IMG/VR virus record: IMGVR_UViG_2522125155_000001
Span: 36,650 to 100,649 of that record
DNA: 64,000 nt
Direction: 5' to 3' (one strand)
Source of the DNA: a virus
Taxonomy: Duplodnaviria; Caudoviricetes
The position numbers were made by a program, and so were the translations under genes. Position 1 is the first letter of the stretch; every line of letters begins with the position of its first letter. Shown here piece after piece: positions 19,717 through 27,852 of this stretch. Below the pieces are notes generated by a model. It was not told the DNA's origin. It worked only from the letters and a program-made list of their open reading frames with translations, and searched no databases.

Positions 19717-20339
19717 CCCCGACCATGATGTACGAGGAGGACGTCTACTCCCCGCTCGACCGCCGCACCCGGCTCGTCGGCCTGCACGGCCACGCGCAGA
19801 CGGGCAAGAACACCTCCGCCGACATCCTCACCGAGGAACTCGGCTACTCGCAGATCTCGTTCGCCGAGCCCCTGAAGCGCCTCGCGCTCTTCGTCAACCC
19901 CGTCGTCCAGACGGACTCGCACGGTCGCGTGTTCACCCTGCAGGACATCTTCGACGACCTCGCGCACGAGGACATCCGTGGCGACGCGGCGTGGGAGGAG
20001 GCCAAGAAGGTCGGCACCACCCGAGTGTTCCTCCAGAAGTTGGGGGAGGGCGTGCGTGAGATCCTCGGGGAGAACACGTGGGTCGACTACGCCATGGCGA
20101 AGGTCAAGGACGGCGGCAAGTACGCCTTCCCCGACACCCGCTTCCGCAACGAGGCGCAGGCCATCCTCGACCGCAGCGGCGTCGTCGTCGAGATCAAGCG
20201 CCCCGGCGTCGGCCCGGTCAACGACCACGTGTCCGACCGCCGCCTGCCCGACGAGATGATCAACCTCACGATCATCAACGACGGCGAGATCAACGACCTG
20301 CGTGGCGAGGTCCTCCACGCCGAGCGGTTCGCCGCGTGA
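19713..20339 (+). CDS. Deoxynucleoside monophosphate kinase
   Basis: GLHGHAQTGKNT, FAEPLK, R.FLQKLG, DTRFRNEA, HVSD. Confidence 0.88.
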   Translation: MTPTMMYEEDVYSPLDRRTRLVGLHGHAQTGKNTSADILTEELGYSQISFAEPLKRLALFVNPVVQTDSHGRVFTLQDIFDDLAHEDIRGDAAWEEAKKVGTTRVFLQKLGEGVREILGENTWVDYAMAKVKDGGKYAFPDTRFRNEAQAILDRSGVVVEIKRPGVGPVNDHVSDRRLPDEMINLTIINDGEINDLRGEVLHAERFAA

Positions 20340-20869
20340 CGCTCTACCTCGGCATCGACCAGTCCTACGGCGGCTTCGCGACGACCTTCTTCGACTCGGA
20401 GACGGGCACCCACGACACCCTCGTGCGCTCGTTCGAGGCAGGTCGCTACATCTCGCAGGGATCCCGGCTCGCCGCTGTGGAGACGCACGTCGCGGACCTC
20501 CTGAGCGACCGGGCCCCCATGTGCACCGCCATGGAGGGCTACTCCATGGGCTCGAAGTTCGGCCGCGAGAAGTTGGGCGAACTGGGTGGCGTCACGAAGG
20601 CGACCCTGCACAAGCACGGGCGGCTGCCGTACATCGTCCAGCCCTCCACGCTGAAGAAGTTCGTCCTTGGCGCGGGGGCGGGCAAGACGAAGAACCTCAT
20701 GCTCCTCGGGGTCTTCAAGAAGTGGGACGCCGAGTTCAACGACGACAACGCCGCCGACTCCTACGCCCTCGCCCGGCTCGCCCACCTCATCAGCAACCCC
20801 GGGCTGGTCGAGCACAAGTACGAGCAGGAAGTCATCAAGACCGTTCTGAAGGAAGCAGGCACCAAGTGA
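20336..20869 (+). CDS. ruvC: RuvC-like Holliday junction resolvase
   Basis: YLGIDQS, AMEGY, LGELGG, PSTLKKF, DNAADSYALA. Confidence 0.88.
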   Translation: MTLYLGIDQSYGGFATTFFDSETGTHDTLVRSFEAGRYISQGSRLAAVETHVADLLSDRAPMCTAMEGYSMGSKFGREKLGELGGVTKATLHKHGRLPYIVQPSTLKKFVLGAGAGKTKNLMLLGVFKKWDAEFNDDNAADSYALARLAHLISNPGLVEHKYEQEVIKTVLKEAGTK

Positions 20870-21222
20870 ACCTCACCCACACCGACTACACCCTCATCGG
20901 GCTCGGCATCCTCGCCGCCCTGCTCTTCGTCACCACGGCGGTCTTCTGGCGCAAGTCGGAGGACCTGCAGGAAGACCTCGCCTTCGAGAGGTTCGAGCAC
21001 GAGAACACCAAGGAGGACCTGCAGGCCGCTGAGGCGCGCACCGAGCGGGTCGTCCTCGACGTCGCACCAGTCCTCGTCCGCACGGCGTGGTCCTTCGGGA
21101 TGTCGACTGCCCAGATGCGCGCGGCCGAGGTGCAGCGCAACGAGCAGATCGACCGGGTCAAGGCGGCGATCAAGGTCACCGAGACCGGCAAGAAGTTGCT
21201 GGACTCGAAGATCGTCTTCTAG
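20866..21222 (+). CDS. Membrane-anchored coiled-coil protein
   Basis: N-terminal TM followed by heptads. Confidence 0.65.
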   Translation: MNLTHTDYTLIGLGILAALLFVTTAVFWRKSEDLQEDLAFERFEHENTKEDLQAAEARTERVVLDVAPVLVRTAWSFGMSTAQMRAAEVQRNEQIDRVKAAIKVTETGKKLLDSKIVF

Positions 21223-21309
21223 CCGATCAGGCGCTCGTTGTCAACCGGCTCGTCCGAACTCATAACCTAGAGGGACACGCAGCATTTCTCGGAACCCTCT
21301 GGAGTACTC

Positions 21310-21606
21310 ATGAGTGACATCTCGATCTCGGACGGGCCGGTTGACGACATCATCCGGGTCGCAGGCAAGACCCCCGCCAGCAAGTTGGCCAGCGCGATCA
21401 CCCACGCGGTGCTCGACAAGGGCCACGTGACGCTCCGGGCCATCGGCGCGGGCCCGGTGAATCAGGCCGTCAAGGCCATCGCCATCGCCCAGTCGTTCGT
21501 CGGCTCGCAGGCCCTCACCCTCAGCACGCGCATCGGCTTCGCCACCGTGCGGCTGCCGGACCAGAGCGAGGTCTCGGCCATGGTCTTCAAGGTGGAGGCC
21601 AAGTAA
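21310..21606 (+). CDS. spoVS: SpoVS-family (Alba-like fold) protein
   Basis: IRVAGKT...LASAI...LRAIGAGPVNQAVKAIAIA signature. Confidence 0.9.
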   Translation: MSDISISDGPVDDIIRVAGKTPASKLASAITHAVLDKGHVTLRAIGAGPVNQAVKAIAIAQSFVGSQALTLSTRIGFATVRLPDQSEVSAMVFKVEAK

Positions 21607-21701
21607 GACACGCAGGGTAAATCGGCTCGTCGGCTCTAGTTGACGGGCCGATTCGCCATACACTGGGGAACGTCCTAATCCTGTGCCTGAGGAGCCACCT
21701 A

Positions 21702-21992
21702 ATGAGCCTTCAACCCGGCGGTCGCACGTCGTCGTTCTCGGACGGTGCTCTGGCCCAGTCCCCGGCGTCTCGGATCCACTCCATTCAGGAGGGTGCGGGC
21801 CGCGAGGGGTTCAAGCCGTCGTCGACTCTGGACGAGAACCAGATCTTCACGACGGCCAACGGACAGTCCGAGGCCGACCGATCCCGGCAGCCCCTGAAGG
21901 GCCCCGGCTTCAGCACCAACGGCCTCTCCGATTCCACCTTCCAGTCGCGTCTGTGGCTGGGCTCGGCTCCCCGCACATTCGGCGGAAAGTGA
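21702..21992 (+). CDS. Hypothetical protein
   Basis: GAGGAG SD. Confidence 0.65.
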   Translation: MSLQPGGRTSSFSDGALAQSPASRIHSIQEGAGREGFKPSSTLDENQIFTTANGQSEADRSRQPLKGPGFSTNGLSDSTFQSRLWLGSAPRTFGGK

Positions 21993-22003
21993 AAGAGAAC
22001 CTC

Positions 22004-22321
22004 ATGGCCAACAGCACCGCTCCCAAGTCCGCCTTCGCCACGCAGGGCAAGATCGCCGCCCCCGTCAACGCGTCCGCCGCCCCCTCCGCCAACACCTCGC
22101 CGGTCGCCAAGCACGGCAGCGCCGGTGGCATGCTCGACGGCGCGACGGCGAACCACCGTCAGGGCGTCATGGAGCCCCACGGCGCGGCCTTCAAGATCAC
22201 CGCGACCCTCTACAAGCAGAACGCGGCCGAGGCCAGCGCGACGCAGCGCAACGTGCGACTCGTCCCCTCCGCCATCGGCAACCGCGACTTCTGGGCCTCG
22301 CGCGACCGCTCACGCGTCTGA
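22004..22321 (+). CDS. Hypothetical protein
   Basis: ATG after purine-rich SD; good codon bias. Confidence 0.7.
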   Translation: MANSTAPKSAFATQGKIAAPVNASAAPSANTSPVAKHGSAGGMLDGATANHRQGVMEPHGAAFKITATLYKQNAAEASATQRNVRLVPSAIGNRDFWASRDRSRV

Positions 22322-22474
22322 GGACGCCTTCGGGGTCGTGATCTCGCGGTGGTTCAGCACTGCCCAGTCCGCGTCGACCTCGTCGACAAAGGGCCCCTCG
22401 CGGAAGAGGCAGTCCGAGCAGTGCGCCCAGAACTCTCCGTAGCCGTCGATGACGGTCCCAATCGTGTGTGCCAC
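22310..22474 (-). CDS. Small antisense-oriented protein with CxxC
   Basis: Fills the gap between + genes; CATACT -10 lies 6 nt before GTG; HCSDC motif. Confidence 0.5.
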   Translation of the reverse strand: MAHTIGTVIDGYGEFWAHCSDCLFREGPFVDEVDADWAVLNHREITTPKASSDA

Positions 22475-22488
22475 CCAAGGAGTATGAC

Positions 22489-23040
22489 ATGAGCGACGAG
22501 AAGCGCTTCGACAACAGCATGGCCAAGGACGCTTCAACGTTCGCTGGAATGGTCAACAACCCCGACATCGGCGGGTCCTCGTACCACGTCCTGAGCCGCC
22601 AGTTCCTCAACGTCGGCGTCGACCGGGCGCACATGGTCGGGGGCCACGAGTTCGCGGGAACCAACACCCGCATCCCCGAGTCCTTCCACGACGCACCGCT
22701 CGGCAGCCACGAGGCCCACGCGCACTTCGTCCGCACGGCGGTCAACACCGGCGGCGACGTCAAGGCCTACGCCGGAGGCTGGGCCGAGGACGGGAAGGCC
22801 GTGCTCGACGCGTCCACCCGCTACGCCAGCAAGAAGGACGCCGTCCCCGTCGCCAAGCAGCGCGGGGAGCGGGAGATCTTCGACTCCAAGAAGATCGAGT
22901 CCTACAAGACGCCGGGCGTCCCCGAGGGGAACACCAACACCGCCCCGGCCCCGGACGTCGCGGCCCCCAAGCCGACGGTCTCGAAGACCCCGCGCGGCTC
23001 CACGAAGATCCAGAGCAACCTGCGGGCCGTGAAGGCCTGA
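22489..23040 (+). CDS. Hypothetical protein
   Basis: AAGGAG SD. Confidence 0.75.
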   Translation: MSDEKRFDNSMAKDASTFAGMVNNPDIGGSSYHVLSRQFLNVGVDRAHMVGGHEFAGTNTRIPESFHDAPLGSHEAHAHFVRTAVNTGGDVKAYAGGWAEDGKAVLDASTRYASKKDAVPVAKQRGEREIFDSKKIESYKTPGVPEGNTNTAPAPDVAAPKPTVSKTPRGSTKIQSNLRAVKA

Positions 23041-23041
23041 C

Positions 23042-23566
23042 ATGTCCTTCCAGTTCCTGCCGCCCGTCGACCAGTCGGGCTCCGTCGTCCGCGCCAACGG
23101 TGGGGGCGGCACGCAGGTCGTTGGCTACCGCAGCGTCCTCGACGCCCAGCGCTCTCTCGGGCAGGGTGCACGCACCCCGAGCGCGGAGTACCCCGACGGC
23201 TACCTCGGCACGATCAACTCCCGGCGAGGCGACCGGCTGCTGAAGAACCTGCAGAGCCGCCTCACCCAGCGCTCGTACCAGCGCGGCGTCCACAAGGGCG
23301 ACAAGATCGACCCCGGCGACTACGCGTGGCCCGCAGGCAACGTCCACCCCATGGCAGGCATCGAGGCTCAGTCTCGTGGCCAGCGGTGGACCCAGCAGGG
23401 CAGCGCGGTCGAGAAGTTGGCGCACGGAGGCAAGGTCCCCGCGCTCTCGCCCGAGGAGATGCTCGCCGTCCAGCAGCAGTACGGCGTCGCCGACAACAAC
23501 CACACCCAGATGGTCAACCCGCAGCGCCGAGCCCAGATGGCTTCAGCGCTGCCTCGATGGAAGTAG
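23042..23566 (+). CDS. Hypothetical protein
   Basis: Packed ORF with good codon bias. Confidence 0.75.
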   Translation: MSFQFLPPVDQSGSVVRANGGGGTQVVGYRSVLDAQRSLGQGARTPSAEYPDGYLGTINSRRGDRLLKNLQSRLTQRSYQRGVHKGDKIDPGDYAWPAGNVHPMAGIEAQSRGQRWTQQGSAVEKLAHGGKVPALSPEEMLAVQQQYGVADNNHTQMVNPQRRAQMASALPRWK

Positions 23567-23570
23567 AACG

Positions 23571-25202
23571 ATGGCTGCCAAGAAGAGCCCCGCCCAGAAG
23601 GCGGCAGAGACCCGGGCACGCCGCAACCCCCTGACGGGTGGCGAGCCGAACACCTACAGCGCTGTCGGAGAGGGCCGTTCGCTGCCCGCCCCGACGAACG
23701 TGCGCGCATGGAAGGGCGACGGCCGAGAGGCCTCCCGTCTCCGTGCCCAGCACGTCGAGGCCACCAAGCCCGGGGGCCTCCCGGACGCACAGGTGGGCTA
23801 CCGCAAGCCCGAGGGCATGTCGGACCGGCACTTCACGTGGCTCTCCGGTGGCCACCACATGTTCCCCAACGAGGGAGCCGAGCGTGGCAACGCCGCCATC
23901 AACGAGCCCCACGCCCACCACCCCGAGGTGACGGTTCAGCGCCGAGCAGAGGACCTCTCCGGCGGCGAGTACCGCAAGGGCACCGCCGTGCTCGCGCACT
24001 TCGGCCACGACCCGAAGGACCCCGTCGGCTCGCTCGCCGACCTCCACTCGCGCACCCTGCACCGCGTCATGGCCGAGCACAATCAGGCCGGAGTCGAGGA
24101 GTCGTCCTCCCAGAAGTTCTACGGGGGCCGCACGCAGACCGAGATCCCCTCGCACCCCGACATGGACGCCAAGCACTACGACGGCGTCAACGCTGCCCAG
24201 ACGCGGCTGCGTCAGGCCACCCAGACGGTCTCCAACCACCCCCAGTTCGCCTCCCAGACGGCAGGGCTGGAGCGCAGCGACCGGCAGGCTGCAGCCCGGG
24301 CCCTCGTGCATCAGGCAGCGGCCGACACGAGCCCCAACAACAAGTGGCGCGACGGCGAGCACCGCTGGCCCAACATCGAGCAGGCCGAGGAGGCCGTCAA
24401 GTCCGGCATCACCGGTGAGGCCCCGAAGTTCATCGGCGGGCGGATCCAGAACAACGACAAGGCCGCTGGCCGCGCTGCCGACATGATCCAGTCCGGCCAG
24501 TTCGACACCCACGGCTACGGCAACCCGAAGCAGGCGGCGAAGACCGTCGCCTTCCGTGGCGCGCTGGCCGACGTCAACCACGCCGACGCCTACAAGGTCA
24601 GCGACGTGCACGAGGCCTCGGTCGTGGCCCCGGGCCTGTCGACGTCGAAGTCCAAGGTCTACGTGGGTGGCGGCAAGAGCGGGAACACCTACATCCACCC
24701 CGACCACCCCAAGAGCGCCACCAAGGGGCTCACGCAGGTCTTCGTGCCCAACAACAGCCGTGAGGGCACCCTGAAGCCCAAGGTCGGCCTCGCCCGCACC
24801 GAGGAGATGCTCGCCAAGGGTGACTCGTACGTGCACGCGCTCAACGATCACGCCACGCGCCGCGCGCTGGCAGACAACGGGCTGTCCCGGAGCGTCAACC
24901 ACGCCGACAACGTCCACCCGGCTCAGGCGGCGGCGTGGGGCTCACAGCAGATGATCCGCAAGGACGTCATGGTCAGCCACGCCGACCAGTACCCCGTCGT
25001 CCGCGACTGGGGCCACGAGGGCATCAACGTCCCGAACCACGGCGACGTGCTGGGCGCGCTCTCGCGTGGGGAGACGCACACCCACATGGGTCCGCAGTTC
25101 CGCAGCAACCCGAACACCACGGGCATCTCGAAGAGCCCGGAGACGGCGCACTTGGTGAACCCGACGAAGAGCAAGCCCTACCCGGTCATGCCGGGGGAGT
25201 GA
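23571..25202 (+). CDS. Large His-rich hypothetical protein, possibly DUF7178-like
   Basis: AADTSPNNKW..NIEQA, KTVAF, SDVHE, AQAAAW motif series (recalled similarity, unverified). Confidence 0.65.
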   Translation: MAAKKSPAQKAAETRARRNPLTGGEPNTYSAVGEGRSLPAPTNVRAWKGDGREASRLRAQHVEATKPGGLPDAQVGYRKPEGMSDRHFTWLSGGHHMFPNEGAERGNAAINEPHAHHPEVTVQRRAEDLSGGEYRKGTAVLAHFGHDPKDPVGSLADLHSRTLHRVMAEHNQAGVEESSSQKFYGGRTQTEIPSHPDMDAKHYDGVNAAQTRLRQATQTVSNHPQFASQTAGLERSDRQAAARALVHQAAADTSPNNKWRDGEHRWPNIEQAEEAVKSGITGEAPKFIGGRIQNNDKAAGRAADMIQSGQFDTHGYGNPKQAAKTVAFRGALADVNHADAYKVSDVHEASVVAPGLSTSKSKVYVGGGKSGNTYIHPDHPKSATKGLTQVFVPNNSREGTLKPKVGLARTEEMLAKGDSYVHALNDHATRRALADNGLSRSVNHADNVHPAQAAAWGSQQMIRKDVMVSHADQYPVVRDWGHEGINVPNHGDVLGALSRGETHTHMGPQFRSNPNTTGISKSPETAHLVNPTKSKPYPVMPGE

Positions 25203-25341
25203 GGTCCTCGTCCGGCGGGAAGTAGATGTCCGCGAGGTGTTCTTGGTCCGGGTAGACGGCTAGGAACGCCTCGCGGCTCTCGAAGTCGTCCTTCTCCGGC
25301 ATCGCGCCGGGGGAGTCATATACAGGTCCGTTGGTCGTCAT
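25186..25341 (-). CDS. Small acidic antisense-oriented protein
   Basis: TAGACT -10 on - strand just before ATG; fills gap. Confidence 0.5.
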   Translation of the reverse strand: MTTNGPVYDSPGAMPEKDDFESREAFLAVYPDQEHLADIYFPPDEDLTPPA

Positions 25342-25371
25342 GCAAGCCAGTCTACCGTGTAAAGCCATTCG

Positions 25372-25683
25372 ATGGGAGAGATTGACATGCTGAACGCCGA
25401 CGGTGTCTACGACCGCACCAAGCCGTGGAACTCGCTGCCCGAGGCGCGGCTGACCGCCACTCTCGGTGCCCTCGCCGGTGCCTCGGCCGAGCAGATCCAA
25501 GCCCTGCGCCCGCCCCTGCCGAACACCGTGCTCTTCCCGGCTCGCTTCGGCTTCGAGAAGGTCGAGCCCTCCGTCGAGGACTGCTTCCGCCAGCGCACCC
25601 AGTACCCCACCGCCCAGAACGACTACACCCGCGTGCAGCCCGGCTACAGCGGGTCGTCAGTACAGTCTCTCGGCTCGATGTAA
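25372..25683 (+). CDS. Hypothetical protein
   Basis: ORF with good codon bias; start uncertain. Confidence 0.65.
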   Translation: MGEIDMLNADGVYDRTKPWNSLPEARLTATLGALAGASAEQIQALRPPLPNTVLFPARFGFEKVEPSVEDCFRQRTQYPTAQNDYTRVQPGYSGSSVQSLGSM

Positions 25684-25696
25684 GTACCCTAGAACC

Positions 25697-25846
25697 ATGT
25701 CTCGTAAGCCGCTTCGCGCCACCGACCGCCGTAAGGGCAAGGTCAGGGATCCTCAGAAGGACTCCTCGACCGGTTCGGCGAACCCGCTTGCGTCCCTGTT
25801 CAACGACCGCCGCCACGCGAATGGCGCGGGGAAGCGAGCCCACTGA
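25697..25846 (+). CDS. Small basic protein, probably leaderless
   Basis: TACCCT at 25685-25690, ATG at +7; TGATG coupling. Confidence 0.55.
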   Translation: MSRKPLRATDRRKGKVRDPQKDSSTGSANPLASLFNDRRHANGAGKRAH

Positions 25847-26079
25847 TGACCTACGGTCCCACCCGCAGCATGAACGCCGACCTCCACATCGGTGCCACCG
25901 AGGGCTCCTTCAAGAAGGTCATCCGCAACCGTGGCGGCTTCGTCGAGGCCACCACGACCGCCGCGCGCCAGCCCCTCAACGACACGTGGTACGGCATCCA
26001 CGAGACCCCGAACCAGATGTCCGGCGACGGTGTCGTCCTCCCGCCCCGTGACTACGTGGAGACCCCGCCGGTTCGCTGA
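25846..26079 (+). CDS. Hypothetical protein
   Basis: TGATG coupling. Confidence 0.65.
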   Translation: MTYGPTRSMNADLHIGATEGSFKKVIRNRGGFVEATTTAARQPLNDTWYGIHETPNQMSGDGVVLPPRDYVETPPVR

Positions 26080-26155
26080 CTTGCGCCGCGTCAAGCGGAG
26101 CACCTAATCTGATTTACGCACCTGTACCTAATTCGCTGAACGAAAAGGATCACAC

Positions 26156-26635
26156 ATGTCGGACCACGTCCGCCTACTGCTCTGCCACGAGGACAAGACG
26201 CTGGAGCAGGTCGAGGACTACGAGGGCGACCCGCACAACGACTGGGCCCTGAAGTACGTGCTGGAGAAGCACCGCTACCCCTCCGGTGACCCTCATCTCG
26301 GCCAGATGCTCCGCGTCGAGAAGAAGCACTGGGACCTCCCGTCGACCCGCGAGGCCATCGAGAAGCAGATCCGCGACAGCGCGGGCCACACCGGTCTCGA
26401 CCAGTCCTTCTACGACACCAAGGACACCCTCGGCGAGGACGCCCTGAAGTGCTTCGAGAAGCACGGTCGCAACCCCGGCTGCAGCAACTACCGGGACGAG
26501 GACAAGCGCCTGAGCGCTGGCACCGACCGAGAGCGCAAGAGCCTCGGTCTCCAGCCGCTTCGCTCGAACCACTTCCTCTGCGACCACTGCCCTGTCCACT
26601 CCATGGTCATGGCCCACAAGAACCGGAACCTCTGA
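26156..26635 (+). CDS. Cys/His-rich hypothetical protein
   Basis: AAGGA SD; C...H...C and CDHCPVHS. Confidence 0.75.
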   Translation: MSDHVRLLLCHEDKTLEQVEDYEGDPHNDWALKYVLEKHRYPSGDPHLGQMLRVEKKHWDLPSTREAIEKQIRDSAGHTGLDQSFYDTKDTLGEDALKCFEKHGRNPGCSNYRDEDKRLSAGTDRERKSLGLQPLRSNHFLCDHCPVHSMVMAHKNRNL

Positions 26636-26643
26636 GGAGCATC

Positions 26644-26862
26644 ATGATCGACCCCGCTGACCTGCAGAACCGCTTCGACTTCCACCCCGCCACCGACGAG
26701 GAGAAGCGCAACGCCCACACGAGCGTCCGCGTCGCTGCCTACGAACTCGCGCAGTTCGTCAACGTCAAGGTGCCGGATGGCCGGGAGAAGGCCACCGCCA
26801 TCACCAAGATCGAGGAGGCCATGTTCTGGGCGAACGCGGCTCTCGCGCGGAGCAACGGCTGA
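26644..26862 (+). CDS. Acb2/Tad1-like anti-defence nucleotide-sponge protein
   Basis: NRFDFHP...GREKATAITKIEEAMFWANAALAR signature; 72 aa. Confidence 0.75.
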   Translation: MIDPADLQNRFDFHPATDEEKRNAHTSVRVAAYELAQFVNVKVPDGREKATAITKIEEAMFWANAALARSNG

Positions 26863-27254
26863 TGGGCGACATCATCATCCCGGCCGGAGCGAAGACCGCT
26901 CCCATGCCCGACCTCAACTCCCTCCCCGAGGCTGACCTCGACGCCCTCGCCGCCAAGGTGAACGACGAGGAGACCTACCCGCAGGTCCGCACGGCCTTCG
27001 CCGTCGTCATCGGCCTCGACGGGCAGATCAGCCTCGACCCGTCGCTCGTCAAGAACGTGCGCGTCATGCGCGAGCCCCACAACGACGACGTCATCGGCGC
27101 GCTGGCCGCTCTGCAGACCGACGTCCAGACCTCCCTCGCGGCGGTCAAGACGGCCCAGATCATGCAGCAGCAGGCCATGGCGATGCAGGAGCAGATGCGC
27201 GAGCAGCAGATGCACTCACGCGTCCAGCAAGCCTTGTCGAGCGGCAAGAGGTAA
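26862..27254 (+). CDS. Hypothetical protein with Gln/Met-rich tail
   Basis: TGATG coupling. Confidence 0.7.
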   Translation: MGDIIIPAGAKTAPMPDLNSLPEADLDALAAKVNDEETYPQVRTAFAVVIGLDGQISLDPSLVKNVRVMREPHNDDVIGALAALQTDVQTSLAAVKTAQIMQQQAMAMQEQMREQQMHSRVQQALSSGKR

Positions 27255-27286
27255 ACCGGACCACTCGAACCCGTTACCCTATATAG

Positions 27287-27739
27287 ATGCTGGTCATGGC
27301 CATTGACGGGGTCCTAAGGGATCCCGGCACACGTGAGGTAATTCCGTCAGGACGCACGCTCTACCGCGCCCTGACGTCCATCCATGGTCTCGCGCTCGTC
27401 TCTGACGACAGCGCCCAGCGGGACGGCATGTGGCTCGCCTCCCACGGCTTCACGGAGCACGCCTTCGTGGCCGAGGGGGGCAGCCCCCGCCCCGACCAAC
27501 TGACCCGTCTGCGCACCCGGGGCTCCATCGACTTCATCGTCGAGGCCGACCCCGACATCGCGGCCGACGTCGTCGCCGCTGGCACGCCGGTGCTCTTCTT
27601 CGCCGTGCCGTCCTACCGCAGCCCCGATGACCTCCCCGGGGCCAGACGCGTACCCACCGCTTGGGGCGTCCTGCAGGCCGAAGTCGAACGCCAGCGGGAG
27701 ACCAAGAGCACCGACAGCCGCATCGGCGAAGTGCTGTGA
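27287..27739 (+). CDS. HAD-like protein, probably leaderless
   Basis: AIDGVL motif-I-like; TACCCT at 27275-27280, ATG at +7. Confidence 0.65.
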   Translation: MLVMAIDGVLRDPGTREVIPSGRTLYRALTSIHGLALVSDDSAQRDGMWLASHGFTEHAFVAEGGSPRPDQLTRLRTRGSIDFIVEADPDIAADVVAAGTPVLFFAVPSYRSPDDLPGARRVPTAWGVLQAEVERQRETKSTDSRIGEVL

Positions 27740-27852
27740 TCCCACGGGACGTCATGGACGTCTTCTACGGCTCCGTGTGGCTCATCGTGGTCCTCGTCTG
27801 CGCGGCAGCCGTGGGGGTCCTGATCACCAAGCACAGGAGAAAGAACCGATGA
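27736..27852 (+). CDS. Tiny membrane protein
   Basis: Single TM plus basic tail; 4-nt overlaps both sides. Confidence 0.55.
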   Translation: MIPRDVMDVFYGSVWLIVVLVCAAAVGVLITKHRRKNR

